Both the position numbers and the translations under genes were made by a program. Positions 1 through 8,817 of a DNA stretch of 64,000 bases are shown one piece after another (the stretch's first letter is position 1; each line of letters opens with the position of its first letter). This stretch comes from Fusobacteriota bacterium. Lineage in GTDB: Bacteria; Bacillota; TC1. Where the stretch lies: the NCBI GenBank assembly GCA_022615965.1, contig JAKEGG010000007.1, positions 28,067-92,066 of the forward strand, written 5' to 3'. Under the pieces are notes generated by a model. The model had not been told where the DNA came from, searched no databases, and saw nothing but the letters and a program-made list of their open reading frames with translations.

Positions 1-41
1 TTTATGCCAAAAGAACCAACTATTTTACCTATCTTAATCAT
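1..41 (-). CDS. rimM: 16S rRNA processing protein RimM, first 13 codons only (runs off window start)
   Basis: ATG at 41..39, one nt after the KH-protein stop. Reads MIKIGKIVGSFGI, a typical RimM N-terminus. Canonical ffh-rpsP-KH-rimM order. Confidence 0.55.
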   Translation of the reverse strand, partial: MIKIGKIVGSFGI

Positions 42-42
42 A

Positions 43-285
43 TTAACTTTCTTTTGCAACTATATTGATATATACTTTTTTAGTTTCTGTGGATAATTTA
101 GAATTGGCAATAAGTCTCATTGCTTTGGCTATTCTACCATTTTTACCAATGACCTTACCCATATGTTCCTCAGGTACAGTTATAGTAATTTCTTCATTTC
201 CACTTTCTTTTTTACTTTCAATATCAATATTTACTGATTCATCAACAATATTATCAATAATATAACTTATTAATTTGACCATCAT
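43..285 (-). CDS. KH-domain RNA-binding protein (YlqC/UPF0109 family)
   Basis: 80 aa with KH GxxG loop VIGKNGRIAKAMR. Conserved position between rpsP and rimM. Confidence 0.8.
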   Translation of the reverse strand: MMVKLISYIIDNIVDESVNIDIESKKESGNEEITITVPEEHMGKVIGKNGRIAKAMRLIANSKLSTETKKVYINIVAKES

Positions 286-292
286 GCTCTCC

Positions 293-556
293 TTAGTCGT
301 TTAATTTAGCTAAAACTCCAGCTTTTTTCAACAAACTTTTAACAGTTTCAGATGGTTTAGCTCCAGTTTTTAACCAGTAAATAGCTCTTTCTTCGTCAAT
401 TTTTAAATTGTTTTCATCTTCTTTACCAATAGGATTAAAGTAACCAATCTCTTCTATGCTTCTACCATCTCTTGGAGAACGAGAGTCAGCTACAACAACT
501 CTATAAAAAGGCGCTTTCTTAGCTCCCATTCTGCGTAATCTGATTTTTGTTGCCAT
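293..556 (-). CDS. rpsP: 30S ribosomal protein bS16
   Basis: 87 aa. [32 protein letters not shown] is the near-invariant S16 N-terminus. Confidence 0.97.
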   Translation of the reverse strand: MATKIRLRRMGAKKAPFYRVVVADSRSPRDGRSIEEIGYFNPIGKEDENNLKIDEERAIYWLKTGAKPSETVKSLLKKAGVLAKLND

Positions 557-592
557 ATAATTTCACCTCCTAAAAATATTTATATCAAAAAG

Positions 593-1924
593 CTAAAAAA
601 ATTTAGGCATAAAACCTTTTCTTTTTTTGCTCATTGTACCAAATTGTTTCATCATTGTTTTAGTATTTTCAAACTGTTTTAGCAGCCTGTTGATATCCTG
701 TACCTGAGTACCACTACCTTTTGCTATTCTTTTTTTTCTACTTGCATCAATAATTCCAGGTCTTTGCCTTTCATCCTTGGTCATAGAAAAAATTATTGCT
801 TCTATTTTATCTATATCCTTTTCATCTACAGAAACATTTTTTAGCTTATTGCCTCCAGGGAGCATCCCCAATATTTCTTCAAGTGAACCAAGATTTCTAA
901 TTTGTTTTATTTGAGAAAGAAAGTCTTCAAAAGTAAAAGATGCTTCCAATATTTTTTTTTGGACCTCTGCAGCCTCTTTTTCATCTATTTGCTGGTGTGC
1001 CTTTTCAATAAGAGTTAAGACATCTCCCATACCTAATATACGACTAGCTATTCTGTCTGGATGAAACTGTTCCAACTGATCTATTCTCTCGCCCATACCA
1101 ATAAATCTTATAGGTTTGCCAGTAACTGCTTTTAGAGAAATAACTGCTCCTCCTCTGGCATCACCATCAAGTTTGGTAACAGTTAAGGAGTCTATTCCTA
1201 CCTTATCATTGAACTCTTTACCAATATTTACTGCATCCTGACCTGTCATGCCATCAACGACTAATATTGTTTCATCAGGTTTGACAAAATTCTTTACTTT
1301 GATCAACTCTGACATCATATCATCATCTAAATGTAATCTACCTGCAGTATCGATGATAATTACCTCTGTATCATGTTGTTTCCATGACTTTAAACCTTGA
1401 TCAATAATTTCTATGATGTTTTTATTATCATATTCGAAATATATAGGTGCAGATAATTTACTGGCTAGTGTTCTTAATTGATCTATTGCCGCCGGTCTGT
1501 ATATATCTGCAGCAATGAAGAAAGTCTTTTTATTCAGACTTTTTAATAAATATGCCAATTTAGCAGCAGTAGTTGTCTTACCAGAACCTTGTAAACCAGC
1601 CATCAAAATCATATATGGCTTTTTGCCAGTTATGTTCAAACTTGTATCTTGTGATCCACCAAGAACCTCAATCAATTCCTGGTTAACTATATCGATAACT
1701 TGTTGTCCTGGTGTCAGGCTTTCAAGTATATCCTTACCTACTGCTTTTTCCTTGATTTTACCAATTAGATCTTTTACTATCTTAAAGTTAACATCTGCTT
1801 CTAAAAGTGCTATTTGCACTTCTTTTAAGGCGCTTAAAACATCTTCTTCTGATAAGCGACCTTTTCCTGTGATTTTAGCAAAGGTTTTTTGAAGTTTTTC
1901 AGTTAAACTGCTAAAAGCTCCCAT
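593..1924 (-). CDS. ffh: Signal recognition particle protein Ffh (SRP54)
   Basis: 443 aa. GLQGSGKTTTAAKLA P-loop, DTAGR, TKLDGDARGG, and a Met-rich C-terminal M domain. Confidence 0.97.
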   Translation of the reverse strand: MGAFSSLTEKLQKTFAKITGKGRLSEEDVLSALKEVQIALLEADVNFKIVKDLIGKIKEKAVGKDILESLTPGQQVIDIVNQELIEVLGGSQDTSLNITGKKPYMILMAGLQGSGKTTTAAKLAYLLKSLNKKTFFIAADIYRPAAIDQLRTLASKLSAPIYFEYDNKNIIEIIDQGLKSWKQHDTEVIIIDTAGRLHLDDDMMSELIKVKNFVKPDETILVVDGMTGQDAVNIGKEFNDKVGIDSLTVTKLDGDARGGAVISLKAVTGKPIRFIGMGERIDQLEQFHPDRIASRILGMGDVLTLIEKAHQQIDEKEAAEVQKKILEASFTFEDFLSQIKQIRNLGSLEEILGMLPGGNKLKNVSVDEKDIDKIEAIIFSMTKDERQRPGIIDASRKKRIAKGSGTQVQDINRLLKQFENTKTMMKQFGTMSKKRKGFMPKFF

Positions 1925-1925
1925 T

Positions 1926-2246
1926 TTATTCTCCTGTGTAGTAAATTAATTGTTTTATCTCATTTTTAATAATATCTATATCCTTCAACTGTAATATTTC
2001 ATGAATTTTATTATCCAGATAAAACTTTTCTTTTAGTATTCCTAAGGCAGATTCATAAGTTTGCAGCTCATTTTCACCTTTTACTAAAAAGTCTCTTACA
2101 CCTTGTTTGGTAATACCATAGATTTCTGCTATTTCTGTAAGTGAATAATCTTCATTGTAATGAAGATTCAACACTTCTTTTCTTCTGCCCTTTATTAAAT
2201 TTCCATAAACATCCAGCAATAATGCTATTTTAGTGAATTTCTCCAT
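1926..2246 (-). CDS. ylxM: YlxM/UPF0122 putative helix-turn-helix protein of the ffh operon
   Basis: 106 aa with a sigma-70 region-4-like HTH (YSLTEIAEIYGITKQGVRDFL). Lies immediately upstream of ffh, as in Firmicutes. Confidence 0.85.
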   Translation of the reverse strand: MEKFTKIALLLDVYGNLIKGRRKEVLNLHYNEDYSLTEIAEIYGITKQGVRDFLVKGENELQTYESALGILKEKFYLDNKIHEILQLKDIDIIKNEIKQLIYYTGE

Positions 2247-2282
2247 TTTTACCTCGTAAAGTTATTTAGCTTTACCTATGTC

Positions 2283-2311
2283 ATTATATATGATATCGGG
2301 GTTTAAGTCAA
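2283..2311 (-). promoter_or_regulatory. Consensus sigma-A promoter for ylxM-ffh
   Basis: Minus strand reads TTGACT, a 17 nt spacer, then TATAAT. It is about 37 nt upstream of the ylxM ATG and starts 5 nt after the stop of the preceding gene. Confidence 0.7.
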
Positions 2312-2315
2312 GAAC

Positions 2316-2876
2316 TTATATAGTATCTTTTAGAAAAGCAAAAGGCTTCTTTCCTTCTCTGACCATTCTATCAAACTGTTTAAAGGTAAAAGTGTATATC
2401 TGATCATATAGAGTTAAATGGTACTCATCAAGCTGAAACCTGGAATTATACCTCATCTGAAGAACATCAGAAGGATTTTTATTACCGTTGTAAATAACAA
2501 TGCCCACTTTAGGAAGTTTAAAAAAGTCTAATTTATTGAATTGTATATTCTTGTTTTTTAATATTTTAGCCAGAATAATATATGGACCTTCAGCAAATTT
2601 CAACCTTAGATTTCTCTTTTTATCAGGAGTATCCAGCCTTCCATTTTTAAACTCAATAAAATAGACCTTATCAGCAATATATATAGCATCAGGTGAACAA
2701 GGCATCAATTCCTGGTTCAAGCTATATACGCTGTTTGCAATAGCATCAAAATTGAACATTTTGTTTCTAAGATTGCTTGGATATTCATTATTAGCTGAAT
2801 CAAAAGCTATTTCCTTTAAGGACATATAATATTTATGATAATGTTTATAAAAGATAGTATTGATTTCTTTCAACAA
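2316..2876 (-). CDS. Hypothetical protein with PD-(D/E)xK (restriction-endonuclease-fold) catalytic motif; partner of the upstream ATPase
   Basis: The ORF track gives 2316..2933. I prefer the TTG at 2876: it has GGAGGG 8 nt upstream and lies 1 nt after the ATPase stop. Motif E-x6-PD-x11-E-x-K in NQELMPCSPDAIYIADKVYFIEFK (2646..2711). I recognise no named family. Confidence 0.6.
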   Translation of the reverse strand: MLKEINTIFYKHYHKYYMSLKEIAFDSANNEYPSNLRNKMFNFDAIANSVYSLNQELMPCSPDAIYIADKVYFIEFKNGRLDTPDKKRNLRLKFAEGPYIILAKILKNKNIQFNKLDFFKLPKVGIVIYNGNKNPSDVLQMRYNSRFQLDEYHLTLYDQIYTFTFKQFDRMVREGKKPFAFLKDTI

Positions 2877-2877
2877 C

Positions 2878-3834
2878 TTATTTACCCTCCGTATAATAGA
2901 GTTTAAGATCATCAAGTTTTTCATATGGTTCAAGTAAGGTTGAATAAATTAATTGTAAGTTATTATTCTGGTTAGTAAAAGTATAGCCGTTTTCCAGTTT
3001 TTCACCTAAATAATAATCAGTATTTAATTCATAACTTTTACTATACATTTCTAAAGCTTCAATAAAATAAAGGCTACAGGTATTGATCATCACCTTAACT
3101 TTAAAATACTTGATTATCTTGCTGATAATATGAGCATAGATCAATTGCCATGAAGCATGTGATAGAATTTCTGGTTCATCTAAGATTAATACCATATCTT
3201 CTTGAAGATATCCATTATTTAGAAGTTCCTTTAATATCAAGAATGATTTTATTCCATTCGGCGACTTGTTCATAGAAAGAATAAACTTATTAGAAAGCTG
3301 TAAACCTAAACTATTTGTTTCATCTATATAAACTAATTTGTGTTCTTCGATCACTTCATCAAATAAAAGATTCAATTCTGCTATTTTTTCTAAATCAGCT
3401 TTATTGGTGATAGGAACCTTATTGATTAATTTACATTTCAAATCATTATCATGATCGATTTCACATTTGCTAATTAAAGGCTCATTGACAATCAAAGGTC
3501 CACCAACATAGGTGACGCATTTAATTTCGTTAGATAAGGTTGATTTTATTCTTAAAGGATTGAATGTCAAATTTAATCTTTCATCATTATCAATTAATAA
3601 TGAAACTGAAATATTTTCCGAATCACTATACAGCTGGGGCTTATAAACTTCAGCGTTAATCAATTCTGTAAAACTATCATCATCAAGGTTTAAACCTCTC
3701 AGTGTGATGTAGGTACTTTTGCTGATTAAGCTTTTACCAATTGAATTTGCGCCAACAATAATTGAAAGATTCTTTAAATTTACTTTCGCTTTTGTTATTG
3801 GTCCGATATTTTCCAGTAATAGTTGAATTTTCAT
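2878..3834 (-). CDS. ABC/SMC-like (AAA_15/AAA_21-type) ATPase with no fused effector domain
   Basis: 318 aa. N-terminal strand plus Walker A (LLLENIGPI..IIVGANSIGKS), signature-like SPNGIKS, and Walker B/H-loop MVLILDEPEILSH. ATG lies 9 nt after the purH stop, with GGAGA in between. Confidence 0.8.
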   Translation of the reverse strand: MKIQLLLENIGPITKAKVNLKNLSIIVGANSIGKSLISKSTYITLRGLNLDDDSFTELINAEVYKPQLYSDSENISVSLLIDNDERLNLTFNPLRIKSTLSNEIKCVTYVGGPLIVNEPLISKCEIDHDNDLKCKLINKVPITNKADLEKIAELNLLFDEVIEEHKLVYIDETNSLGLQLSNKFILSMNKSPNGIKSFLILKELLNNGYLQEDMVLILDEPEILSHASWQLIYAHIISKIIKYFKVKVMINTCSLYFIEALEMYSKSYELNTDYYLGEKLENGYTFTNQNNNLQLIYSTLLEPYEKLDDLKLYYTEGK

Positions 3835-3843
3835 ATTTTCTCC

Positions 3844-5343
3844 TTAATGTTTAAAATGTCTTCGATTAGTAAAAACCATTTTAATTTTATTTTTATTGCA
3901 GAATTCAATCAAAGAAGAATCGTTTTTAGACCCTCCAGGTTGAATAATTGATTTTATACCATTATTGCTGGCAAATTCAACACTATCATTAAATGGGAAA
4001 AATGCATCTGATGCCAGAACTGAACCTGAAATATCTAAAAGTGAATTATCTATTGCAGCTTTTAATGCATATACTCTGGCTGTTTGTCCACCTGATACCC
4101 CGGTTAAAACCTTGTCTCTGACTAAAGCAATACCATTTGATTTGATATTTTTAACAATTTTATAGGCAAAAAGTAAATCATCCATTTCAGAATCGCTAGG
4201 CTTATTGACAGTTACATATTTTAATTCTTCATATAAATCAAAATCTCTTGTTTGTTTAAGGAGATATCCATCTAAATCTTTATAGGAAGATTTGTTGAAA
4301 TAATCTAGAGAAAAATATTTAAGTATCCTGATATTTTTTTTAGTTTTTAAGACATCCAGTGCTTCTTTGGTAAAATCTGGTGCAATAAGTATTTCTATGA
4401 AAATTTTATTGATTTCAATAGCAACAGCTTCATCAACCTTATAATTTAAGGCAACAATACCTCCAAATATACCTATAGAGTCACTTTGATAACATTTTTG
4501 ATAACTATCAAGATCATTTATTCCTGCAGCAGCTCCACAAACAGTACTATGTTTTATTGAACATGAAAAGTATTTTTCATCTTTAAAATCATGTAACAGT
4601 TCTAATGCTGCAAAAGTATCATTATAATTGTTATAGGACATTTCTTTTCCCCATAACTGCTCTAAATCCATCATGGACTGTTTATTGAAATCAAGCTTAT
4701 ATATTTCTGCTTCCTGATGAGGATTCTCACCATAACTTAGTTTTTTATTCTCCTCCAACTGCAGATATTCCATATTTTTATTAAAATAACTTGAAATACT
4801 TATATCATAGTTAGCAATTAATTTAAAAGCCTTAGCTGCAAGTCCTCTTCTATATGTTAAATCCAAAGTATTGTTTTGTATCTTATTGATAATATCTGGA
4901 TAATCCTTAGTATCTGTAACTACCACTACATCCTTGTAATTTTTAGCAGCAGCCCTGATTAAGGTTGGACCTCCAATATCAATTTCTTCAATCAGCTTTT
5001 CTTCTTCCAACTTTTGTTCTACAGCTTCCTGGAATTTATAGAGATTTACACAAACCAAATCTATACTTTCAATACCAAATTCCTTAATAGTATGTTGATC
5101 TTTTTCTAAATCACGTCTATATAGTATTCCACCATGTACAAAGGGGTTTAGTGTTTTGACCCTTCCATCTAATATTTCTGGAAATTTAGTTATATCTTCA
5201 ATATTTATAACTGCAATACCAGCCTTATTTAATACAGCAAAGGTTCCTCCAGTAGAAATTATTTCATACCCAGAGTCTATCAGACCCTTGGCAAATTCTA
5301 TGATATTTTCTTTATCAGTTACGCTTATAATTGCTTTTTTCAT
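3844..5343 (-). CDS. purH: Bifunctional AICAR transformylase / IMP cyclohydrolase
   Basis: 499 aa. MGS-like N-domain (ISVTDKENIIEFAKGL..STGGT, DGRVKTLNP) and AICARFT C-domain ending QPGGSKND..RHFKH. Confidence 0.95.
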   Translation of the reverse strand: MKKAIISVTDKENIIEFAKGLIDSGYEIISTGGTFAVLNKAGIAVINIEDITKFPEILDGRVKTLNPFVHGGILYRRDLEKDQHTIKEFGIESIDLVCVNLYKFQEAVEQKLEEEKLIEEIDIGGPTLIRAAAKNYKDVVVVTDTKDYPDIINKIQNNTLDLTYRRGLAAKAFKLIANYDISISSYFNKNMEYLQLEENKKLSYGENPHQEAEIYKLDFNKQSMMDLEQLWGKEMSYNNYNDTFAALELLHDFKDEKYFSCSIKHSTVCGAAAGINDLDSYQKCYQSDSIGIFGGIVALNYKVDEAVAIEINKIFIEILIAPDFTKEALDVLKTKKNIRILKYFSLDYFNKSSYKDLDGYLLKQTRDFDLYEELKYVTVNKPSDSEMDDLLFAYKIVKNIKSNGIALVRDKVLTGVSGGQTARVYALKAAIDNSLLDISGSVLASDAFFPFNDSVEFASNNGIKSIIQPGGSKNDSSLIEFCNKNKIKMVFTNRRHFKH

Positions 5344-5363
5344 AAAAACCTCCTTATACTAAT

Positions 5364-5393
5364 AGGAAGTAATAACAAGAGTTACTACTTCCT
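5364..5393 (-). terminator. Imperfect 13-bp hairpin between galU and purH (weak terminator or processing site)
   Basis: AGGAAGTAATAAC/GTTACTACTTCCT stem with one mismatch and a 4-nt loop. No clean U-tract follows. Confidence 0.3.
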
Positions 5394-5406
5394 AAAACAT
5401 AACAAA

Positions 5407-6270
5407 TTAAATTTTTTCTTTCAAGTATTTCAACAAATCCTCTTTTATATCTTCTCTTCGCAATCCAAAATCTACAATGGTCTTCAGATATCCTAGAAGA
5501 TTCCCAGTATCATACCTTTCTCCTGGAAATATATAACCATACATCTTTTCAAAGGCAACTAAATTATTCATCGCATCTGTAAGTTGTATTTCTCCTCCTT
5601 TTCCAGGCTTTGTTTCTTCGATCAAATCAAATATTTTAGAAGTAAAAACATATCTTCCCATCACAGCTAAATTAGTTGGGGCTGACATTGGATCTGGCTT
5701 TTCTACCAGAGACTTTATTTCATAGGTAGACTCATCAATTTTATAACCATCTATGATCCCATATTTATTGACATCTGAAAAATCAACCTTCAGCAAAGCA
5801 AAAACACTACTTTTCCTTTTTTCATATTCAGAAATTAAGGCTCCAAGACAGTTTTTTTCTTGATGATAATAGAGATCGTCTCCTAATAATACAGCAAAAG
5901 GTTCATTTTTAACAAACTCTTTAGCTATACCAACTGCATGACCCAACCCTTTAGGTTGCTGTTGTCTGATAAAATATATCTTAGCTAATTTACTGATAGG
6001 CTTTATAATATTTAATAATTCTTCATTACCTTTTTCTGCTAATATATTTTCTAATTCATAGGAAACATCAAAATGATTTTCAATAGCTTCCTTGCCTCTG
6101 TTTGTAATAATTAGTATTTCTTCAATACCTGCCTCAACTGCCTCTTCAACAATATATTGAATAGCTGGTTTATCTAAAATTGGTAGCATTTCTTTAGGTA
6201 CTGCCTTGGTTGCAGGTAATACTCTTGTTCCAAGTCCAGCGGCAGGGATAATTGCTTTTCTTACTTTCAT
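5407..6270 (-). CDS. galU: UTP-glucose-1-phosphate uridylyltransferase
   Basis: 287 aa. KAIIPAAGLGTRVLPATKAVPKEMLP is the GalU/GtaB signature. Confidence 0.93.
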   Translation of the reverse strand: MKVRKAIIPAAGLGTRVLPATKAVPKEMLPILDKPAIQYIVEEAVEAGIEEILIITNRGKEAIENHFDVSYELENILAEKGNEELLNIIKPISKLAKIYFIRQQQPKGLGHAVGIAKEFVKNEPFAVLLGDDLYYHQEKNCLGALISEYEKRKSSVFALLKVDFSDVNKYGIIDGYKIDESTYEIKSLVEKPDPMSAPTNLAVMGRYVFTSKIFDLIEETKPGKGGEIQLTDAMNNLVAFEKMYGYIFPGERYDTGNLLGYLKTIVDFGLRREDIKEDLLKYLKEKI

Positions 6271-6271
6271 C

Positions 6272-7495
6272 TTATTTATTTTTATCTCCTAATTTAAATT
6301 TATCATGAATGATTTTTACAGCATCTTTGGCATTGGCGGCATCAACAATACAAGATACCTTGATTTCAGAAGTACTGATTAATTCAATATTAATCCCAGC
6401 ATTTGCCAAGGCTTCGAACATAGTGGCTGCAACCCCAGGATTTGACTGCATACCTGCTCCAACAATACTGATTTTTGCTAATTTATCTCTTGTATTAATA
6501 CCTTCAGCATTAACCTCTTCCTTGATCTTTTCAACAACCTGAACTGCCTTTTTTTGCTCTTCTTGACTTACTGTAAAAGAAATGTCATTTATTGTACCTC
6601 TAGGATTGCTTTGAACGATCATATCAACATTGATATTATTATCTGCTAGGGCTCTAAAAAGGCTTCCTGCTATTCCTGGAACATCTGGTACTCCATATAT
6701 TGTAATTTTAGCCACATTTAAATCATGAGCTACCCCACTAACCAATCTAACTCTTTCCATTGCTGAACCCTCCTCTACTATTGTACCTTCATTGTTGTTA
6801 AAACTTGACTTTACAGCTACTCTTACTTTATGTTGTTTTGCATATTCAACTGCTCTGGTTTGTAGTACCAATGCTCCAAGACTAGCTAATTCAAGCATTT
6901 CATCATAAGAAACAAAGTCTAACTTACTGGCATTTGGGACAATTCTTGGATCAGCTGTATATACTCCATCTACATCAGTATATATTTCACAAACATCTGC
7001 TTTTACTGCTGCTGCAACTGCAACTGCTGTAGTATCAGAACCACCTCTGCCCAGAGTAGTAATTTCACCACCTTCTGTTTTACCTTGAAAGCCTGCTACT
7101 ATAACTATTTTTCCAGCTTCTATTTCTCTTTTTAATCTAGTATTATCTATTCTGGTTATTTTGGCCTTTTTATGTACAGTATCAGTATATATTCCTGCCT
7201 GTGCTCCTGTCAGTGATACCACCTCATAGCCTTTTTCTTTAATTGCCATTGAAAGCAGGGAAATTGAAACCTGTTCACCTGTAGCCAGTAACATATCCAT
7301 TTCTCTACTTGAAGGATTTCTAGTAATTTGGGCAGCTAAATCTAATAGTTCATCAGTTGAATCACCCATAGCTGAAACTACTGTAATTACAGAATTACCT
7401 TTATTTTTAGTAGCAATTATTCTTTCAGCTACATTAATAATTCTTTCTGGTGAACCTACAGATGTTCCCCCATATTTCTGTACTATTATTCCCAT
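6272..7495 (-). CDS. lysC: Aspartate kinase
   Basis: 407 aa. VQKYGGTSV N-terminus, GRGGSDTTA, and two C-terminal ACT domains. Confidence 0.93.
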   Translation of the reverse strand: MGIIVQKYGGTSVGSPERIINVAERIIATKNKGNSVITVVSAMGDSTDELLDLAAQITRNPSSREMDMLLATGEQVSISLLSMAIKEKGYEVVSLTGAQAGIYTDTVHKKAKITRIDNTRLKREIEAGKIVIVAGFQGKTEGGEITTLGRGGSDTTAVAVAAAVKADVCEIYTDVDGVYTADPRIVPNASKLDFVSYDEMLELASLGALVLQTRAVEYAKQHKVRVAVKSSFNNNEGTIVEEGSAMERVRLVSGVAHDLNVAKITIYGVPDVPGIAGSLFRALADNNINVDMIVQSNPRGTINDISFTVSQEEQKKAVQVVEKIKEEVNAEGINTRDKLAKISIVGAGMQSNPGVAATMFEALANAGINIELISTSEIKVSCIVDAANAKDAVKIIHDKFKLGDKNK

Positions 7496-7506
7496 TTTTC
7501 AACTCC

Positions 7507-8817
7507 TTAATATTCTTTTTCTGATCTTATCAATGATTTAATTTCTTTTACAACTTCCAGGTTTTCAATTTGAACTTTTGCATTCATCATATTTTTGTTT
7601 AAGACTTTATCAGTTAAAATAACTAGCTCAGCTAGATTATTTTCTAGTTTTTTCTGAATAACAGAATCGATGCTCACATCATTATCTGCAAAAGCTTCAG
7701 TGATTTTACTTAAGACTCTGGTTCTATCTAGAACTATCATCCTGATATAGAAATGTGTCAAAGTATCTTCAATTTCCATGATTTCTGTATCCAGATAACA
7801 TGATCTGTTTTCATAGCTGAAAATATTTCTGTTCATATCTTTGACAATTGATAATAAGTCAGCAACAACAGCGCTTGCTGTAGGCAGACTTCCAGCTCCT
7901 TTGCCAATTAAGGTCAAGTCACCAAATGCGTTTCCTTCAATGTATATGGCATTATAGACATCATCTACTTTAGCTAAAGGATGAGACATAGGTAAAAGAG
8001 TTGGATGTACTCTTACTTCTATGCCTTGTTCATTGTTGACAGCAATACCTAATAGCTTGATTGTACTATTGAATAATTTAGCATAATTAACATCATCCAC
8101 ACTAATTGCAGTAATACCTTCTACATAAACATCATTTAGTACCACACTTCTATTAAAAGCAATTGAGGCTAACACCGCAATTTTCCTTGCTGCATCCAAA
8201 CCTTCTATATCTGAAGTTGGATCTGCTTCCGCATAACCTAATTCCTGAGCTTCTTTAAGTACGTCCTTTAAATCTCTATCTTCATTGAACATCTTAGTCA
8301 GGATAAAGTTGGTAGTTCCATTTATTATGCCCATTACTTTGGTGATCTTATTGCTGAGAATATTCTCTTTTATTGTGCTGATGATAGGAATAGCACCAGC
8401 AACACTAGCCTCGTAACGAATTTGTCTACCTGCCTTATTTCCTAAGTCCAGTAATTCCTGGGCATTTATTGCCATAAGATCTTTATTTGCTGTTACTATG
8501 TGTTTACCATTTAATAAGGCTTTTTTTATATAATCCTGGGCTTTGGTTGTGCCTCCGATAACTTCAATTATTATATCGATATTTTCATCATTTAAAATTT
8601 CATCAGGATCAGTAGTTAAGAGCTCCTGAGGTATATTTGGTCTTTTTTTATTAATATCATTAACCAATATTTTTGTGATTTCCAAATTAGTATTATTTAA
8701 CACTGGTTGATACTTATCTCTATTCATCTGTAGAAGATTGTAAACACCTTGGCCAACTGTTCCACAGCCTAATAAACCTATTTTAATATTTTGAACCTTA
8801 TTCATCTTATTACTCAC
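7507..8817 (-). CDS. hom: Homoserine dehydrogenase
   Basis: 436 aa. GLLGCGTVG NAD-binding site, catalytic domain, and C-terminal ACT domain. Confidence 0.9.
   Translation of the reverse strand: MSNKMNKVQNIKIGLLGCGTVGQGVYNLLQMNRDKYQPVLNNTNLEITKILVNDINKKRPNIPQELLTTDPDEILNDENIDIIIEVIGGTTKAQDYIKKALLNGKHIVTANKDLMAINAQELLDLGNKAGRQIRYEASVAGAIPIISTIKENILSNKITKVMGIINGTTNFILTKMFNEDRDLKDVLKEAQELGYAEADPTSDIEGLDAARKIAVLASIAFNRSVVLNDVYVEGITAISVDDVNYAKLFNSTIKLLGIAVNNEQGIEVRVHPTLLPMSHPLAKVDDVYNAIYIEGNAFGDLTLIGKGAGSLPTASAVVADLLSIVKDMNRNIFSYENRSCYLDTEIMEIEDTLTHFYIRMIVLDRTRVLSKITEAFADNDVSIDSVIQKKLENNLAELVILTDKVLNKNMMNAKVQIENLEVVKEIKSLIRSEKEY

Noticed and set aside
5344-5406. Purine riboswitch or PurR-type leader upstream of purH.
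   Set aside because: The spacer is only 63 nt and contains just one imperfect hairpin. There is no three-way junction or conserved purine-aptamer loops.
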